A stretch of 64,000 nucleotides of DNA from contig OZ024746.1 of NCBI GenBank assembly GCA_964016885.1, positions 71,796,001-71,860,000 of the forward strand. The letters run 5' to 3'. Under the pieces are notes generated by a model, which did no database searches, was not told the DNA's origin, and worked only from the letters and a program-made list of their open reading frames with translations. This document shows, piece by piece, positions 1 to 13,259 of the stretch. Source of the stretch: Eledone cirrhosa. Lineage: Eukaryota. Positions within the stretch are counted from its first letter, which is position 1, and each line of letters opens with the position of its first letter. A program made the translations under genes and the position numbers.

Positions 1-34
1 GCTTTCATTATAAATAAATATATATATAATATAT

Positions 35-166
<132 letters not shown>

Positions 167-685
167 CATATATATACATATACATATATATATATACATA
201 CGTACGTATGTATATGTATGGGTCTGTTTGTGTGTACGTGTGTTGTATATAAACATTCCAGGCTTTATTTCACAAACACACACAAATATAAACATACACC
301 CACACAAACTGTAATGCTGCCCATCATATATATGTAAACAACAGCTACGAAAAACACACATACATATATAGACTCATGTATTCCCATACAGACACTTCTT
401 TCATCTAGTAGTCAAATAAACTTACTTTCAGCACTATAAATATATAAGAAGAGTATCTTTACTAATAGCAAAATAGAAAACAAAAATCAACACGCCTGAA
501 TTTGTGTATGAAATCTACCAGACTTTGCTGGTTGAATATCTTTTTGTCCGACATTGAAAATCTTACCTGTATTGCTATAGTCTTTTCTGAACTTCTACCT
601 AGAGCACGTCCAACACTAATACAATCGCTGTTTAATTCTGAGGATGAGACTAGTGTACTTCTGAACGAGTGCAATCCTAACTAAA

Positions 686-1195
686 CTGAGAGTGTCGTGG
701 GGCAGAGTCCACAAACACGCCTTCCGGCTGGTTCTATCAGGAGCAACCGTCTCCAATTGATCTGGCTGAATCCCCAAACGAGACCAGCCGAGATATCCAA
801 GCATCTTGCTCGGAGTCTACCCTTGGATCTTCTGCCAGTTATTTTTGCGATTCTTTCCTGAGACATTCTAACCACGTGCCCGTAGTATCGGAGCTGTAAT
901 CTCTCAATTCGGAGAAGTAACAGGTCTACCAAGAGTGATTCTCTGATCTCCGAGCTACGCACTCTATCGAGTAATGTTACCCCAAAGACCTTTGAAGGAA
1001 CCCCCATTTCGGCTACTTTTATTAGCGATCGTATTCTTTCGGTCATTACCCAAGATTCATGACCATAGGTAAGGGTTGGTACGAATACCGAATTGAAGAT
1101 GGCGATTTTGGTTTTTACACCTACCTCCCTTCTTCTGATGACTGAAAGCTGAAGTTAGCATATTACTGCAACAGTTCCTGCAACTCTTGCTCATA
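686..1195 (-). mobile_element. RTE-clade LINE, decayed 3' ORF fragment
   Basis: Minus strand reads KTKIAIFNSVFVPTLTYGHESWVMTER...LLDRVRSSEIRE...QLRYYGHVVRM...GRRSKGR, the post-RT region typical of RTE ORFs; contains indels. Confidence 0.85.
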
Positions 1196-1265
1196 ATTCA
1201 GCCTCCTGCCTTCCACCACACAAGAATATATAGGCTTCAAGTGTATATACATTTTTGGGGGACAT

Positions 1266-1316
<51 letters not shown>

Positions 1317-1494
1317 TTTTTAGGAACGATCGACTTTCGTCAAATCGGACCGACGAAACAATGTTTCCGTTGGTCTTTCCAATTGCTAATACTATCTATC
1401 GGTCGTAACTCCAGGTAGAAGGAGCAACGTGAAATAAAGTGTCTTGCTCAAGGACATAATGCATCGCCCTGTCCAGGAATCGAACTCACAACCT

Positions 1495-1537
<43 letters not shown>

Positions 1538-1704
1538 TATATATATATTTTTTTTTATTTATTTATTGTATGTGATTCAGTGAAATTACTAGTCGTGGTA
1601 CCAAACTAAGCACTCGATGCACAGGCAGAGTGTATAGATTCAGAAAGACGATGAAATTTCGTTTAAATATAGTTAGTTTTTTTTATTGTGTTTCTGTATC
1701 GATC

Positions 1705-1790
<86 letters not shown>

Positions 1791-2447
1791 GCGTGATAAC
1801 CAGTAATCTGTGAAATTCAAAGCAAAAACAAAGTATAATCTCAGTTATATAAGAAATATATTGGATCGTCAAGTATGAAATTTGTAGAAATTTGTAGAAA
1901 AAAAAAAACACATTTCTACAAAGTTCATAGTTGACGACCCAATACATAGGCATACACACACACACACATACATACACACACATACACATACACATACACA
2001 CACACATACACACACACACATCTACACACACACATACACACACACACACACACTCACACACACATACACGCACACATATATACACACACACACATACACA
2101 TATATATTTATATATACTATATATAACACACAAGCAGAAACCATTTTGGTGCCGCGGTCAAGTTCATATCTCTCTCTATACCCACCCTGCATCCCACCCA
2201 TTAACTCAGTACTCCCCTCCTCGTATCTGTGAACTCCCCGGTCTTAGCACCGCAGACTCTCTACCCTCCCCCATATATATATGTGTGTGGTGTGTGTGTA
2301 TGTGTATGTGTATACACGTATATATATATATATTAAAATAACAGATTAAAGTTTAAGCAAAGAATCGGTGCTTTCACTCTTAACGGGATCTTCTGAAACT
2401 ACCTTATCGAGCCCTCTTTGGATGTTAGTCTTCAAATTTATTATTAT

Positions 2448-2489
<42 letters not shown>

Positions 2490-2493
<4 letters not shown>

Positions 2494-2641
2494 CCCAATA
2501 GCTTTTTTTAGTTATTGCTCGCACCAACCTGAGGTATATGATTTTCAATGCGATGAAATACCAATGATGGTTGGCAAATCACTGACGAGGGACTAATTTT
2601 ATAATATGTAACCCATGTGCAGTATTCCTCTTTCTTCTCAT

Positions 2642-2646
<5 letters not shown>
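2490..2646 (+). repeat. Short TA-flanked interspersed element with degenerate hammerhead-like motif
   Basis: Related copies at about 44510-44668 (+), 46748-46900 (-), 59672-59775 (-) and more distantly 46225-46420; shared CCAAC..TGA..GAAATACC..GTTGG..CACTGAYGA. Confidence 0.7.
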
Positions 2647-2675
<29 letters not shown>

Positions 2676-2892
2676 GGGTGTGTATGATTGTGTATAGCAG
2701 ATTATATTAATAAAAGGAATTCCAACTTTGTATGATTTACTCGTTTTATTTACAATCCTTTAAAATTATAATGATATTATAATGAAATAGTATGGTAGAA
2801 TATTAAATGTTAAATGTTAATTGAACAAGTACTTTCATGCTTTCGCAATCTTCAAGTTCATATTCAGTGGTGACAGTCAAGTTTGCAATTTT

Positions 2893-2952
<60 letters not shown>

Positions 2953-2959
2953 GTCTAAA

Positions 2960-3226
2960 GTCTGTCTAAAGGCAAAAAGGTCAATTGGCCGGTGCTTATT
3001 CCGGTTTCATGGCGTGAGGCGACTGAAAGTACAAGACTTCCCCCCTGGACAGGACGCCAGTCCATAGCAAGGTTAAACCCCCAGCTGGTACTCATTTTCA
3101 GCTGAGTATACTGGAGCAACGTGAAATGAAGTGTTTTGCTCAGGAACACAACCCGCAACCCAGGAATCGAACCCACGACATTATGATCGTAAGTACAACA
3201 CCCTTACCGCTAGGGCACGTACCTCC
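2960..3226 (-). mobile_element. tRNA-derived SINE with CORE-like central domain
   Basis: Minus strand has a tRNA-like head (GGTTCGATTCC B box), GTGTTCCTGAGCAAAACACTTCA...CTCAGCTGAAAATGAGTACC, then ATGGACTGGCGTCCTGTCCAGGGG. A fragment also lies at about 1420-1497. Confidence 0.8.
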
Positions 3227-3649
3227 GCGTGTGTGTGTGTGTGTGTGTATACATTGTTGCTCCCCCACAGGTAGTTCTCTTTGGGCGTGGGAAAAGATGT
3301 ACTTCATCATCCCCCCCCCCCCACTCACGGCTCTGTTGCCTCTCCAAATATTTCACTAATGACCGTGAGATCAACAAAATATAGTTTGGACACGGTGGCA
3401 AATGTGAGGAGGGTCAAGTTGCGATAATGCTTGTAATGGTGATGAAAGTCCTGGCTGAACAAGCATGATGGTGTGGTGAGATGTGACAGACCTATATTGC
3501 ATTCTCGACTGATCACTGTATATACCATATACACCACCACCCTATACATAGTATACAGCACCACCACCACCACTAACATGTAAACAATGGCAACAGTAAT
3601 CAAAGTCATGTCCCCCTACTGTTCTAAAGTCACTTTTATTAATCTTTAT

Positions 3650-4680
3650 CAACATCAGCACCACCACCACCACTACAAGCACAACCAGCACCACAACCCC
3701 CACCACAACAACAACCACCACAAGCACAACAAACACCACTACCATTATCACCCCCATCATCACCACTACAACCTCTACCAATATCACCACCACCACAACC
3801 ACAACCACCACCGCCATCACCACCACAAGCACAACCACCAACACAATAACAACCACCACAAGCACACAACAAACACCACTACCATCATCATCACCACCAC
3901 CACAACCACCACCACCACCACCACAACCACAACCACCACCACAACCACCACCACCAACAACAACAACAACAACACCACCACCACCACAACCACAACCCTC
4001 ACCACAACCACAAGCACAACAAACACCACTACCATCATCACCCCATTATCACCACTACAACAACCTCTACAAATACCACCACCGCCACCACCACCAGAAT
4101 CACCAACCACCACCACAACAACAACAACAACAACAACAAACACCATTACAATCATCACCCCAGTATCACCACTACGACAACCTCTACCCATACCACCAAC
4201 ATCACTACCTCCATCACCACCACTGCAATCCCCGCCAATACTACCATCATAACCACTATTAACACTACAACCAGCACCACTATTCCCCCGCCGCCGCTGC
4301 TACTACTTCTACCTCCACTACCACCACCACCACCACAACCACCGCCATCACCACAATCACCACCACCACTACCACCACCACTACTCCGTCAACAACAACA
4401 ACAACAACAACAATAGCAACAATAATCTATGTCAGGTCCCACGCTTGGTTTCTAATCCTTATCAATACCAACACCGCCCCCCCCCCCCCCACCAATACCA
4501 CCATCGCCGCCGCCGCCACCGCCACCACAAGGAATATTGCGAATAATAAGAAGACTGTATTCTCTTCATTTTCGTACCCCCACCACCCACCTCCAATGGA
4601 TGCAACGACCCCCACAACTACCACCACAACTACCACCACAATAACAACAACAACAACAACAACAACAGCAGCAATATTAA
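3650..4680. repeat. (CAC/CAA)n low-complexity tract
   Basis: Direct reading of mixed ACC/AAC triplet repeats. Confidence 0.95.
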
Positions 4681-5590
4681 GGTTTTTCTAATTCAGGCTC
4701 AAGGCCATCAATTAGGGGAAAGTAAGATCGATTGAAACTAGTAGTACTTAACTAGTAGTACTTAACTAGTAGTACTTAACTAGTACTCCTTTATTTTATC
4801 GATCCTAGAAGGACGAAGTATTTTTTTGTTCGACACTCTAACGATTCTGACAATCCACCGATTTCAACAACAATAACAATAATACTTGTTTCTACTTTAG
4901 GCACAAGGCCAGCAATTATCCCAGTGTATTGCTGGTACTTTATTTTATCAACCCTGTAAGGATGAAAGGCAAAGTTAACCTCGGTGGGATTTGAACTCAG
5001 GCTGTAAGGGACCGTAATAATAATAATAATGGTTTCTTATATAGGCACAAGGCCAGTAATTTTGGGGAAGGGGAAAGTCGATTAAATTGACCCCAGTGAA
5101 TCACTGGTACTTTATTTTATGGACCCCGTAAGGATGAAAGAAAAAAGCTAACCTCGGGCGAGACATAGAAGGACGTAACTCTATACCACAAAGTATGTAA
5201 CAAAATAATAGTCATGATCTTTACTTTAGGCATAACATCTGTAATTTGAGGAGGGAAGAAATGTCAATTAGATCCCCCCCGTACTTTTATGCTACTTTAG
5301 GTTATAGTCCCCGGTAGAAAGAAAGTCAAAGGAAGTCAAAGCTGAAAAAGAACCGAAATAAATGCCGACACTCTAACAATTCTGCCAATCCATCGTTCTC
5401 AATAACGATAGCAGTGATATATGGAGAGAGGGAAAAGTCAATTAAATCGATCACAGTACTTCACTAGTACTTTATTTTATCGATCCCAAAAAGATGAAAG
5501 GGAAAGTTGACCTTGGCGGGATTTGAACTACAGAACGTAAGTAAGAACCAGAATTAACACCGACTTGCTAATGATTCTGTCAAGCCACTT
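4680..5590 (-). mobile_element. Cluster of about 5 SINE copies of differing divergence (Nin/Deu-like domain)
   Basis: Repeated GTACTTTATTTTATCGA...GATGAAAGG...GGGATTTGAACT units separated by (AAT)n; the best copy is 4885-5015. Confidence 0.8.
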
Positions 5591-6074
5591 CCCTGATTCC
5601 CAATATATAAACCATTAGTTTGTGGTGAGAAAAGGTAAATGTTATCAATAAACCTTCATGGAGTGTCCTCCGACATTATTTGGAGAGTGTAAAGTGCTGA
5701 TTGGCTGGCTGGTTTGCTGGTTTGCTAGCTAACAGGCTGAACACACACCACCACAACACCATACCACTACCTAGAGCCAGTACCTGGATATTAGGTGCCT
5801 TAAGCTAGCTGTACAATGTGCATCCCCTTTTCCCAAATTAAATAATTTGATCTTACAGTTTGGTAATCTGACGAACCTAGTTTTTGACACTTCTTGTTCT
5901 TACCACACTAAGAAAATGACTAAGCCTGCGTTTTCCACTACACATCCACACCCTCCCACGCCAAATTAAGTGACAGGTCTTAACAACATTCGGCCTTCTC
6001 TGTCGCTTTGTATATTTCCCCAACGCTGTTACAAGGCAAAGATATTTAGTGGTTTATTTACTAATCGCTAACAA

Positions 6075-6258
6075 TGGCTTAGCAGTACCGGTAGAGGGTT
6101 GGACGCCATGCGTTGCAGCATCGAGTTACGCCCCTTTATGGTCTGAGTTCAAATCCCACCGAGGTTAACTTTGCCTTTCATCCTTACTGGGTCGATAAAA
6201 TAAAGCACCAGTAATGCACTGGGATAATTGCTGGCCTTGTGCCAAAAGAAGAAACAAT
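6075..6258 (+). mobile_element. tRNA-derived SINE (Nin/Deu-like domain)
   Basis: GAGTTCAAATCC B box; GCCTTTCATCCTTAC.GGGTCGATAAAATAAAG core; 3' end GGCCTTGTGCCAAAAG.AGAAACAATTA. Confidence 0.9.
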
Positions 6259-6272
6259 TATATATTTAATTT

Positions 6273-6447
6273 AATTGTTTCTACTTTTTGGCACAAGGCC
6301 AGCAATTATCCCAGTACATTACTGGTGCTTTATCGACCCCGTAAGGATGAAAGGCAAAGTTAACCTCGGCGGGAATTGAACTCAGATCGTAAAGGGACGT
6401 AACTATGCTGGAAAGCATGGCGTCCGACCCTCTACCGATACTGCCAA
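6273..6447 (-). mobile_element. tRNA-derived SINE, tail-to-tail with previous copy
   Basis: Reverse complement of the same consensus. Confidence 0.9.
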
Positions 6448-6912
6448 ATGATATAAATTTGTATAAGTTTCTGTAATGGGCATCTCAGCACCCTAGGTAC
6501 TTGCCGAGTTGTCCTTAATGATAGCGCCGGACCTGCCATCACCATCACTACCATTAATCAGCCTAGTGCTGGTACTTGGCTATCGATGTCTTTGTCAACA
6601 GCGGACAATGAACACGCGCCATTGCAATAGAAATGGCATGTGCCTCGGACATTGCTGGTCAATGGTGCTTGTTAAAGCATCATCAACAACAACACCAACA
6701 ACAGTATCCAATAGCAGCGGGAACAACGACTACTACAACAACAACATCCAACAATAGTAACAACAACAAAAATAGCAATAAAAACAACTACAACATCCAA
6801 CAACAACAAAAACTACAACAACAGCAACTGTGAGAAGAAGAAGAAGAAGAAGAAGAAGAAGAAGAAGAAGAAGAAGAAGAAGAAGAAGAAGAAGAAGAAG
6901 AAGAAGAAGAAG

Positions 6913-6955
<43 letters not shown>

Positions 6956-7182
6956 TCGATGAAACAACTATAACAACAAACGTCAGCTGCGGTCATCGTT
7001 TTTCAGTGAACATTGTGACGGATTTAAGGAAGAGTAAATGACCATTGGCTAGTTTGGTTAAAGTAATGGGTGGGGGGTGAGGTGAGGTGGATGTCAAAAG
7101 GTGGAAGGTGGGTGGTAGAGTGGGTGGGCGAGGAGGGGGCTAGGGGTTTGGGTGGTCAGTAACTAAGGGTTGGATGATCGTA

Positions 7183-7233
<51 letters not shown>

Positions 7234-7788
7234 GAAAGTGGAGGCTGGAGAGAGGAGAGTGATGGGTGACGTTTGGCAAGGTGGAGGGTAGTGATGGAGA
7301 GGATGGTGATGGGGAGGATGGTGAAAGAGAAAGATTGGTGACGGTGTTGATAGCTGGATGGATTCGGTTTATTGATAGATGAAGGTCAGACGGCGGTACA
7401 ATGGTGAATATTTGACCTCTCACACAGACACACACAGGCAGGCATACAACATTGTCTACACACATACATACACACACCTGCAAGCGAGCAAAGATTCACA
7501 AACACACTGACATACAAAGGCACATAAACACTCCCATGCACTTATACATACTCACACATACACACTTACACGCATACACACATACACACACACGCGCACA
7601 TGCACAAACATCTGTGTGAATTTTGAAAGTAGCTGGATTGATGTGATAGATCGTTAAAACACACACACACAAACACACAATCACATCTTCACACAAATAT
7701 GCACATACACACACGCATGTATATGTATGTATGTACGTACGTATGTATGTATTTATGTATCTTTCTCTATCTCTCTCTCTCTCTCTCT

Positions 7789-7880
<92 letters not shown>

Positions 7881-7883
<3 letters not shown>

Positions 7884-8080
7884 AACCAGTAAGACCCCGA
7901 CAGCTGAGCTCAAGCCGTTTCGACGGCTAATTCTGGTCTAGAGTCCAGAATTAGCCGTCGAAACGGCTTGAGCTCAGCTGTCGGGGTCTTACTGGTTCCT
8001 ATTACCCACTCTACTACCTCAAGTATTGAGTACTTTGGTGCGTTATGGTCCACCTGGTTCCTTACCACATTTCCTTCGTT
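7881..8080 (+). mobile_element. Asymmetric fold-back element family A (hammerhead 3' half, PLE pLTR-like)
   Basis: About 55-bp inverted arms around 7936-7943 plus an about 80-bp extension, flanked by (TA)n. Copies at 11553-11736, 12415-12598, 36771-36869 and 59352-59529; fragments at 11818, 13298 and 34983. Confidence 0.8.
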
Positions 8081-8100
8081 ATATATATATATATATATAT

Positions 8101-10877
8101 AACTTTGAATAACTTTGAAATGTTTTGGCCAGTATTGGCCCAGGCCATGTCTAACTTAATAGCACCACCTGGCGAAGTCTTTCAATTCAGGATTTGGGCA
8201 CCATGGCCCATTCGAGAAGAGAATTACTGTTTGCGGAGACATATCCGGGTGTGGGTGGTTTGTCCGGGATTACTTGGAGGAATTTGTCCAAAGACTTCTT
8301 GAATTTTGTGTGGTCAGTTTCTGTTTTGACGTGTCCTGGTGTGATGTTGAAGAGAGCAGGGCCGATTGAGGTGAAATAATTGTGCCGTATTGTTGTTATG
8401 AGTTGCGATTTAGATTTTTGAATGGGACGGATAGCACGGGGCCCAAGCCTTGGGTGTATCTTGAAGGCGATGCCAACATCATTTGGGCAGTGATGATGGA
8501 ACATTTTCCACATCATGCAGATAATATAACGCTCACGGCGACGTTGGAGTGAGTAAAGTTTCAGGTTTTCTAATCGACCCCAGTAGTCAAGGTCTGACAT
8601 GCCATCTATCTTTTTCGTGATTGCCCTTTGAGGAGCTTCAAGTTTCATGATACTTTGTTTCGTGTGGGGAGACCACAGTGGACAACAGTATTCAAGGTGT
8701 GGTCGGGCAAAAGTAGAGAAGAGAAGGATAATGGTGCGGGAATCTCTCGACTGGAAGGTTCTGAGGATCCAGGAACACATTCTGCGGGCCATGTCAACTT
8801 TGCTGCTTATATGCGTGGTCCAGCTTATGTTGCTGTCCACGGTTACTCCCAAGTCTCTGATGTTGTTAGATGCCACGAGAGTTTCCCCGGAGGGAAGGGA
8901 GTACGGGAGTTTCAGAGCATCCTCTTTTCCAAAGTGGATCAGTTCGAATTTGTCTTCGTTCAGTAACATGTTGTTCTTTTCTGCCCATTGGGTAACAGCC
9001 AGTAGGTCTGACTGAAGGCTTATCCGGTCATCCACGCCATTGATGACCTTTTGGAGCTTGGAATCATCAGCGAAAATTTTAATGTTGCTGTGTTTGATGA
9101 TGTCAGTGATGTCATTAATATAGATGATGAAGAGAAGTGGGCCCAACACAGTGCCTTGTGGGACCCCACTACTGACTTTGGCTGGGCTTGATTTGACTCC
9201 CTCAACTACAACATGTTGGGTTCTGTTTGACAGGAAGCTCTTGATCCACTGCAGCAGCTTTCCAGTGACACCAATATTGGACAGCTTTCTCAGTAGAATG
9301 TTATGATCAACCCTGTCAAAGGCCTTGCTGAAATCAAGGTAGATAACATCAGTGTTGGAACCCTCTCCCAAGGCTCTCAAAATGTCATCAAAGTGATGCA
9401 GTAGCTGCGTCAGGCAATCCCTTCCATTACGGAATCCATGCTGGTTGGAGTTCAGCATATTGTTACTCTCAAGGAAGTGGGTCATTCGCGATCTCACCAC
9501 TCGCTCAAATACCTTAATGATATGAGAGGTGAGTGAGATTGGACGGTAATTCACGGCAAGGGATTTGTTTCCCTTTTTGAAAACTGGGACAACAGACTGG
9601 GATAGAAGGTTTTCTGGCACATATCCAGCATCCAGTGAGTTCCGCCACAGATTGGCAAGAGGAGATGCAAGTTGGTGTTGACACGCCTTCAAGACACAAG
9701 CAGGGAACCTATCGGGACCTACTGCTGAATTATGCTTGATTTCCTTTATTGCCGCCAAGACATCAGGGGCGCCAAACGTTATGTCCGATAAGGTGTAATG
9801 GGGAGTAACATCGCCGATACAGCCCAGATCGGCCATATCAGGATTGCTGAAAACAGAGCAGTATTGTTTCTGCAGTATCTCACCCATGGTTTTAGCATTG
9901 TCTTGAAGAGTGCCATTTTCATCAATTAGAGGGCCAACAGTAGAGCCAGTGATTTTGTGTTTTTTTGCAAATGAAAAGAACACTTTGGGATTGAGTTTGA
10001 TCTTCTCAATGGCCCAGGCCTCTTCAGCTCTTCTCTGATTGTTGATGAGGGACATTATGTTGTTTTGGAGGTTATGTTTTTTAATCTCTAGTGATGAAAT
10101 GGCAGTCAAGTTGATGTGTTGCTGCTGACAGTATTTCAACTTGTTGATTTTTTTGTTCGTTCTCTTAATTTTTCTGATGAGCGTTTTTCTATTTCTAGGG
10201 ATTCTGCTCTTAGATTTGTTTATAGTTCTTAATGGGGTGTGTTTAGCACATATGTTTGTAACAGTGTCCACAAATGTCTGCCAGGACTTTTTGATGTTAG
10301 TGGGTGTATGAGTGTGCGTGAAGGACCAGTCGACATGTGCAAGATCATGACTGATCGCTTCCCAGTTTGCATTGTGGAAATCCATAGCGTCAAACGGATG
10401 GACAGGAGAGATGACATTGGGTTTGTATATTGGACGGTGGAATCTCAGATCACAGAGAACCATGTCATGATCAGAGAGTAGAGTTTTCTCCACTGCAATA
10501 TTGTGGATATTGTCAGTGTGATTGCTGAAAATTAAGTCTAGGACGTTTTTGTGGCACCTCGTTGGTTCGAGCACCAGTTGGGATAGGAAGAAATCATCCA
10601 TGAAGTCAAGAAGCGATTCCACAGCTTCCCTGTCAGAGGTTGAGGCAGAAGAACCTGGTGGCAGGCTGTTTGTGGACCAGTCAACTCCGGGGAGGTTGAA
10701 GTCCCCCATCATTAAGATGTTGTCAGGGTGACACTCTTGGATGAAACACTTTATGCTGTTGAGGCATTCCTTGAAGCATGGTACAGGCGTTTGGGGTGGC
10801 CTATAGAGCCCAACTACTAATAGGTTGTTGGTTTGACTGAATACAGTGACTGCTTCACAGTATCCATTAGTGAATAT
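8101..10877 (-). mobile_element. CR1-type LINE, 5'-truncated, inserted between (TA)n tracts
   Basis: APE+RT ORF, short 3' UTR ending TTCAAAGTTATTCAAAGTT, and TA repeats on both sides. Confidence 0.93.
8187..10712 (-). CDS. LINE ORF2: partial APE endonuclease + reverse transcriptase (frame stays open upstream to about 10877)
   Basis: GLYRPP (upstream of the tracked Met), GDFNLP, LDLIF, SDH; RT motifs NYRPISLTS, QHGFR, YLDFSKAFD, GVPQGTVLGPLLF, FADD; RPHLEYC; C-terminal NSLLEW. No internal stops. Confidence 0.95.
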   Translation of the reverse strand: MMGDFNLPGVDWSTNSLPPGSSASTSDREAVESLLDFMDDFFLSQLVLEPTRCHKNVLDLIFSNHTDNIHNIAVEKTLLSDHDMVLCDLRFHRPIYKPNVISPVHPFDAMDFHNANWEAISHDLAHVDWSFTHTHTPTNIKKSWQTFVDTVTNICAKHTPLRTINKSKSRIPRNRKTLIRKIKRTNKKINKLKYCQQQHINLTAISSLEIKKHNLQNNIMSLINNQRRAEEAWAIEKIKLNPKVFFSFAKKHKITGSTVGPLIDENGTLQDNAKTMGEILQKQYCSVFSNPDMADLGCIGDVTPHYTLSDITFGAPDVLAAIKEIKHNSAVGPDRFPACVLKACQHQLASPLANLWRNSLDAGYVPENLLSQSVVPVFKKGNKSLAVNYRPISLTSHIIKVFERVVRSRMTHFLESNNMLNSNQHGFRNGRDCLTQLLHHFDDILRALGEGSNTDVIYLDFSKAFDRVDHNILLRKLSNIGVTGKLLQWIKSFLSNRTQHVVVEGVKSSPAKVSSGVPQGTVLGPLLFIIYINDITDIIKHSNIKIFADDSKLQKVINGVDDRISLQSDLLAVTQWAEKNNMLLNEDKFELIHFGKEDALKLPYSLPSGETLVASNNIRDLGVTVDSNISWTTHISSKVDMARRMCSWILRTFQSRDSRTIILLFSTFARPHLEYCCPLWSPHTKQSIMKLEAPQRAITKKIDGMSDLDYWGRLENLKLYSLQRRRERYIICMMWKMFHHHCPNDVGIAFKIHPRLGPRAIRPIQKSKSQLITTIRHNYFTSIGPALFNITPGHVKTETDHTKFKKSLDKFLQVIPDKPPTPGYVSANSNSLLEWAMVPKS

Positions 10878-10948
10878 ATATATATAATATTAAGGATACT
10901 GTTTATGGTTATGTATATACTATAACTTTTTATAGTTATATATAAATA

Positions 10949-11048
10949 ATTGTTTCTACTTTTGGCACAAGGCCAGCAATCACCCAGTACATTACTGGTA
11001 CTTTATTTTATCGACCCCGTAAGGATGGAAGGCAAAGTTAACCTCGGA
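10949..11048 (-). mobile_element. SINE 3' fragment
   Basis: Same SINE consensus, with the head missing. Confidence 0.85.
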
Positions 11049-11156
11049 ATATAATATAATATATGTCACTCCACTGTACATCAATATATATACATATGTA
11101 TCTGTATGTCTCTTGCGTTGGAAAGGAGGTCAATCATGTGTACAAACATTGAAAAA

Positions 11157-11203
11157 TGCTCCGAAGATTCCAAGCCTAAGTTTGGATGAAACAATTGTAA
11201 GTG
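11157..11203 (+). ncRNA. Minimal type I hammerhead ribozyme motif in short element 11060-11242 (family B)
   Basis: TGCT-CCGAAGA-tTCCAA gcctaagt TTGGAt-GAAAC aatt GTA-AGTG, then AATAAA. Loop III is palindromic (CAATTG). Confidence 0.7.
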
Positions 11204-11237
11204 AATAAATGCTTTGAACATAGCTTTGATTCTTGTG

Positions 11238-11278
<41 letters not shown>

Positions 11279-11466
11279 TTTAATACATTAACAGAGAAAG
11301 CTTTAAGCGATACTCTGACCAACTCCATCTCACTCAACAAACATTAGGATATACCTAAGTATAATCCCAATTAAGTGTTTGGGGTGCTAACTATATAGTA
11401 TTCCGTGGATAGTTGATTGTATTATTTTATGAGACATAATTAAATAAATCTCTCTTTCTTTCCACA

Positions 11467-11556
<90 letters not shown>

Positions 11557-11732
11557 GAAGGAAATGTGGTAAGGAACCAGATGGACCATAACGCACCAAA
11601 GTACTCAATACTTAGGGTAGTAGAGTGGGTAATAGGAACGAGTAGGACCCCGACGGCTGAGCTCAAGCCGTTTCGACGTCCAGAATTAGCCGTCGAAACG
11701 GCTTGAGCTCAGCCGTCGGGGTCTTACTCGTT

Positions 11733-11819
<87 letters not shown>

Positions 11820-12069
11820 CGAAGGAAATGTGGTAAGGAACCAGGTGGACCGAACGCACCAAAGTACTCAATACATATAGGTTTGTTATTTTTTATTGAT
11901 TTATTATTTTAAATCGAGACAGGCAAACCATATTATTTTAAATTAGTATTTTTCAATCTAGCTAACTTGGTCATTTGCAATTCGAACACATGTATACTTG
12001 TATCAGTGTTCATCCCTCTCATATATTCATTTGTATATATATATATACATTTTTGTATATATACATTTT

Positions 12070-12123
<54 letters not shown>

Positions 12124-12318
12124 GGGGTGTTCATTAGGAGATAAACTTTCCCACGACTACTAATGAGTAAATCGACTTGGTCAAGGTTTGAACCATGACG
12201 GAGATTTTAACCAACAGCCACGTGTTTGCGTGACTATGAATCTCCGAGTAATGGCCGTGGGAGCCATTACAAACGGCTAATCTGCATATATATATACATA
12301 TATATGCACCCCCACTTC

Positions 12319-12417
<99 letters not shown>

Positions 12418-12616
12418 CAAAGCAGGTGTGGTAAGATACCAGGTGGTGGACCATAACGCACAAGAGTACTCGATAATAAGTGTAGTAGAGTGGGTAATAG
12501 GAAAAGAGTCAGAATCCCGAGGGCTGAGCCCCGAACAGTTCGGATCTAGCTGTCGAAACGGCCGGAGCTCAGCCGTCGGGGTCCTGACTCTTTTCCTATA
12601 TATGTATATATATATC

Positions 12617-12649
<33 letters not shown>

Positions 12650-12651
12650 TT

Positions 12652-13259
12652 ATGTCAGGTCACCAGTTGGTGCTACTGGTAACATGTATCCCAGTACAAC
12701 CTGACCCATGGTCGGGTCGTTGACGACTAAACTGGCAACCCCACCAAGGTTTCTTGGTGAGGAGGGTGACTTTGGACATCCTGCAGGACTAAAAACAAAA
12801 CCTGTCAAAGGGCAAAGGAGCTCTTAAGAGTCAATGGCCATCCAAAATCACCGGGAGAGATGACCCTTTAGCCTTTGTCAAGGCAGAATTCTAGGAGAAG
12901 GAAAACTCTGATATAACACCTGCAACTCTGATGGTATCCAATGATGTTGACTTGTTCTTCTTTTTGGTAAATATCATCTTGGTTAAGAGAGTGGGACTGG
13001 CTTTGTGCAGTGCCTTTGCTCACTATAAAAGCTTCACGGCACAGGCATTGCTTTATATCTGGAGATCTCTCTGCACTTGTCGTCACAGGGTACCATGGGC
13101 CCAGCACTATGTGTCAATATTTGTCACAAGTGTAGTGTTTGTACCAGAGTTTTCAAGTTGCTGGCTGGACTAAAAAGTCACACTCGTTCAGCGCATCGGT
13201 AGGGGTTCTTCTATATGGATATAAAGTAGTGGCCGTACTCGAAAACGAGTTGGCAGCCA

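Noticed and set aside
12655-12740. HDV-like ribozyme at the 5' end of the RTE derivative
   Set aside because: P2 (CCAGT/ACTGG), P4 and a CTAA junction look plausible, but I could not assign P1, P3 and L3 consistently.
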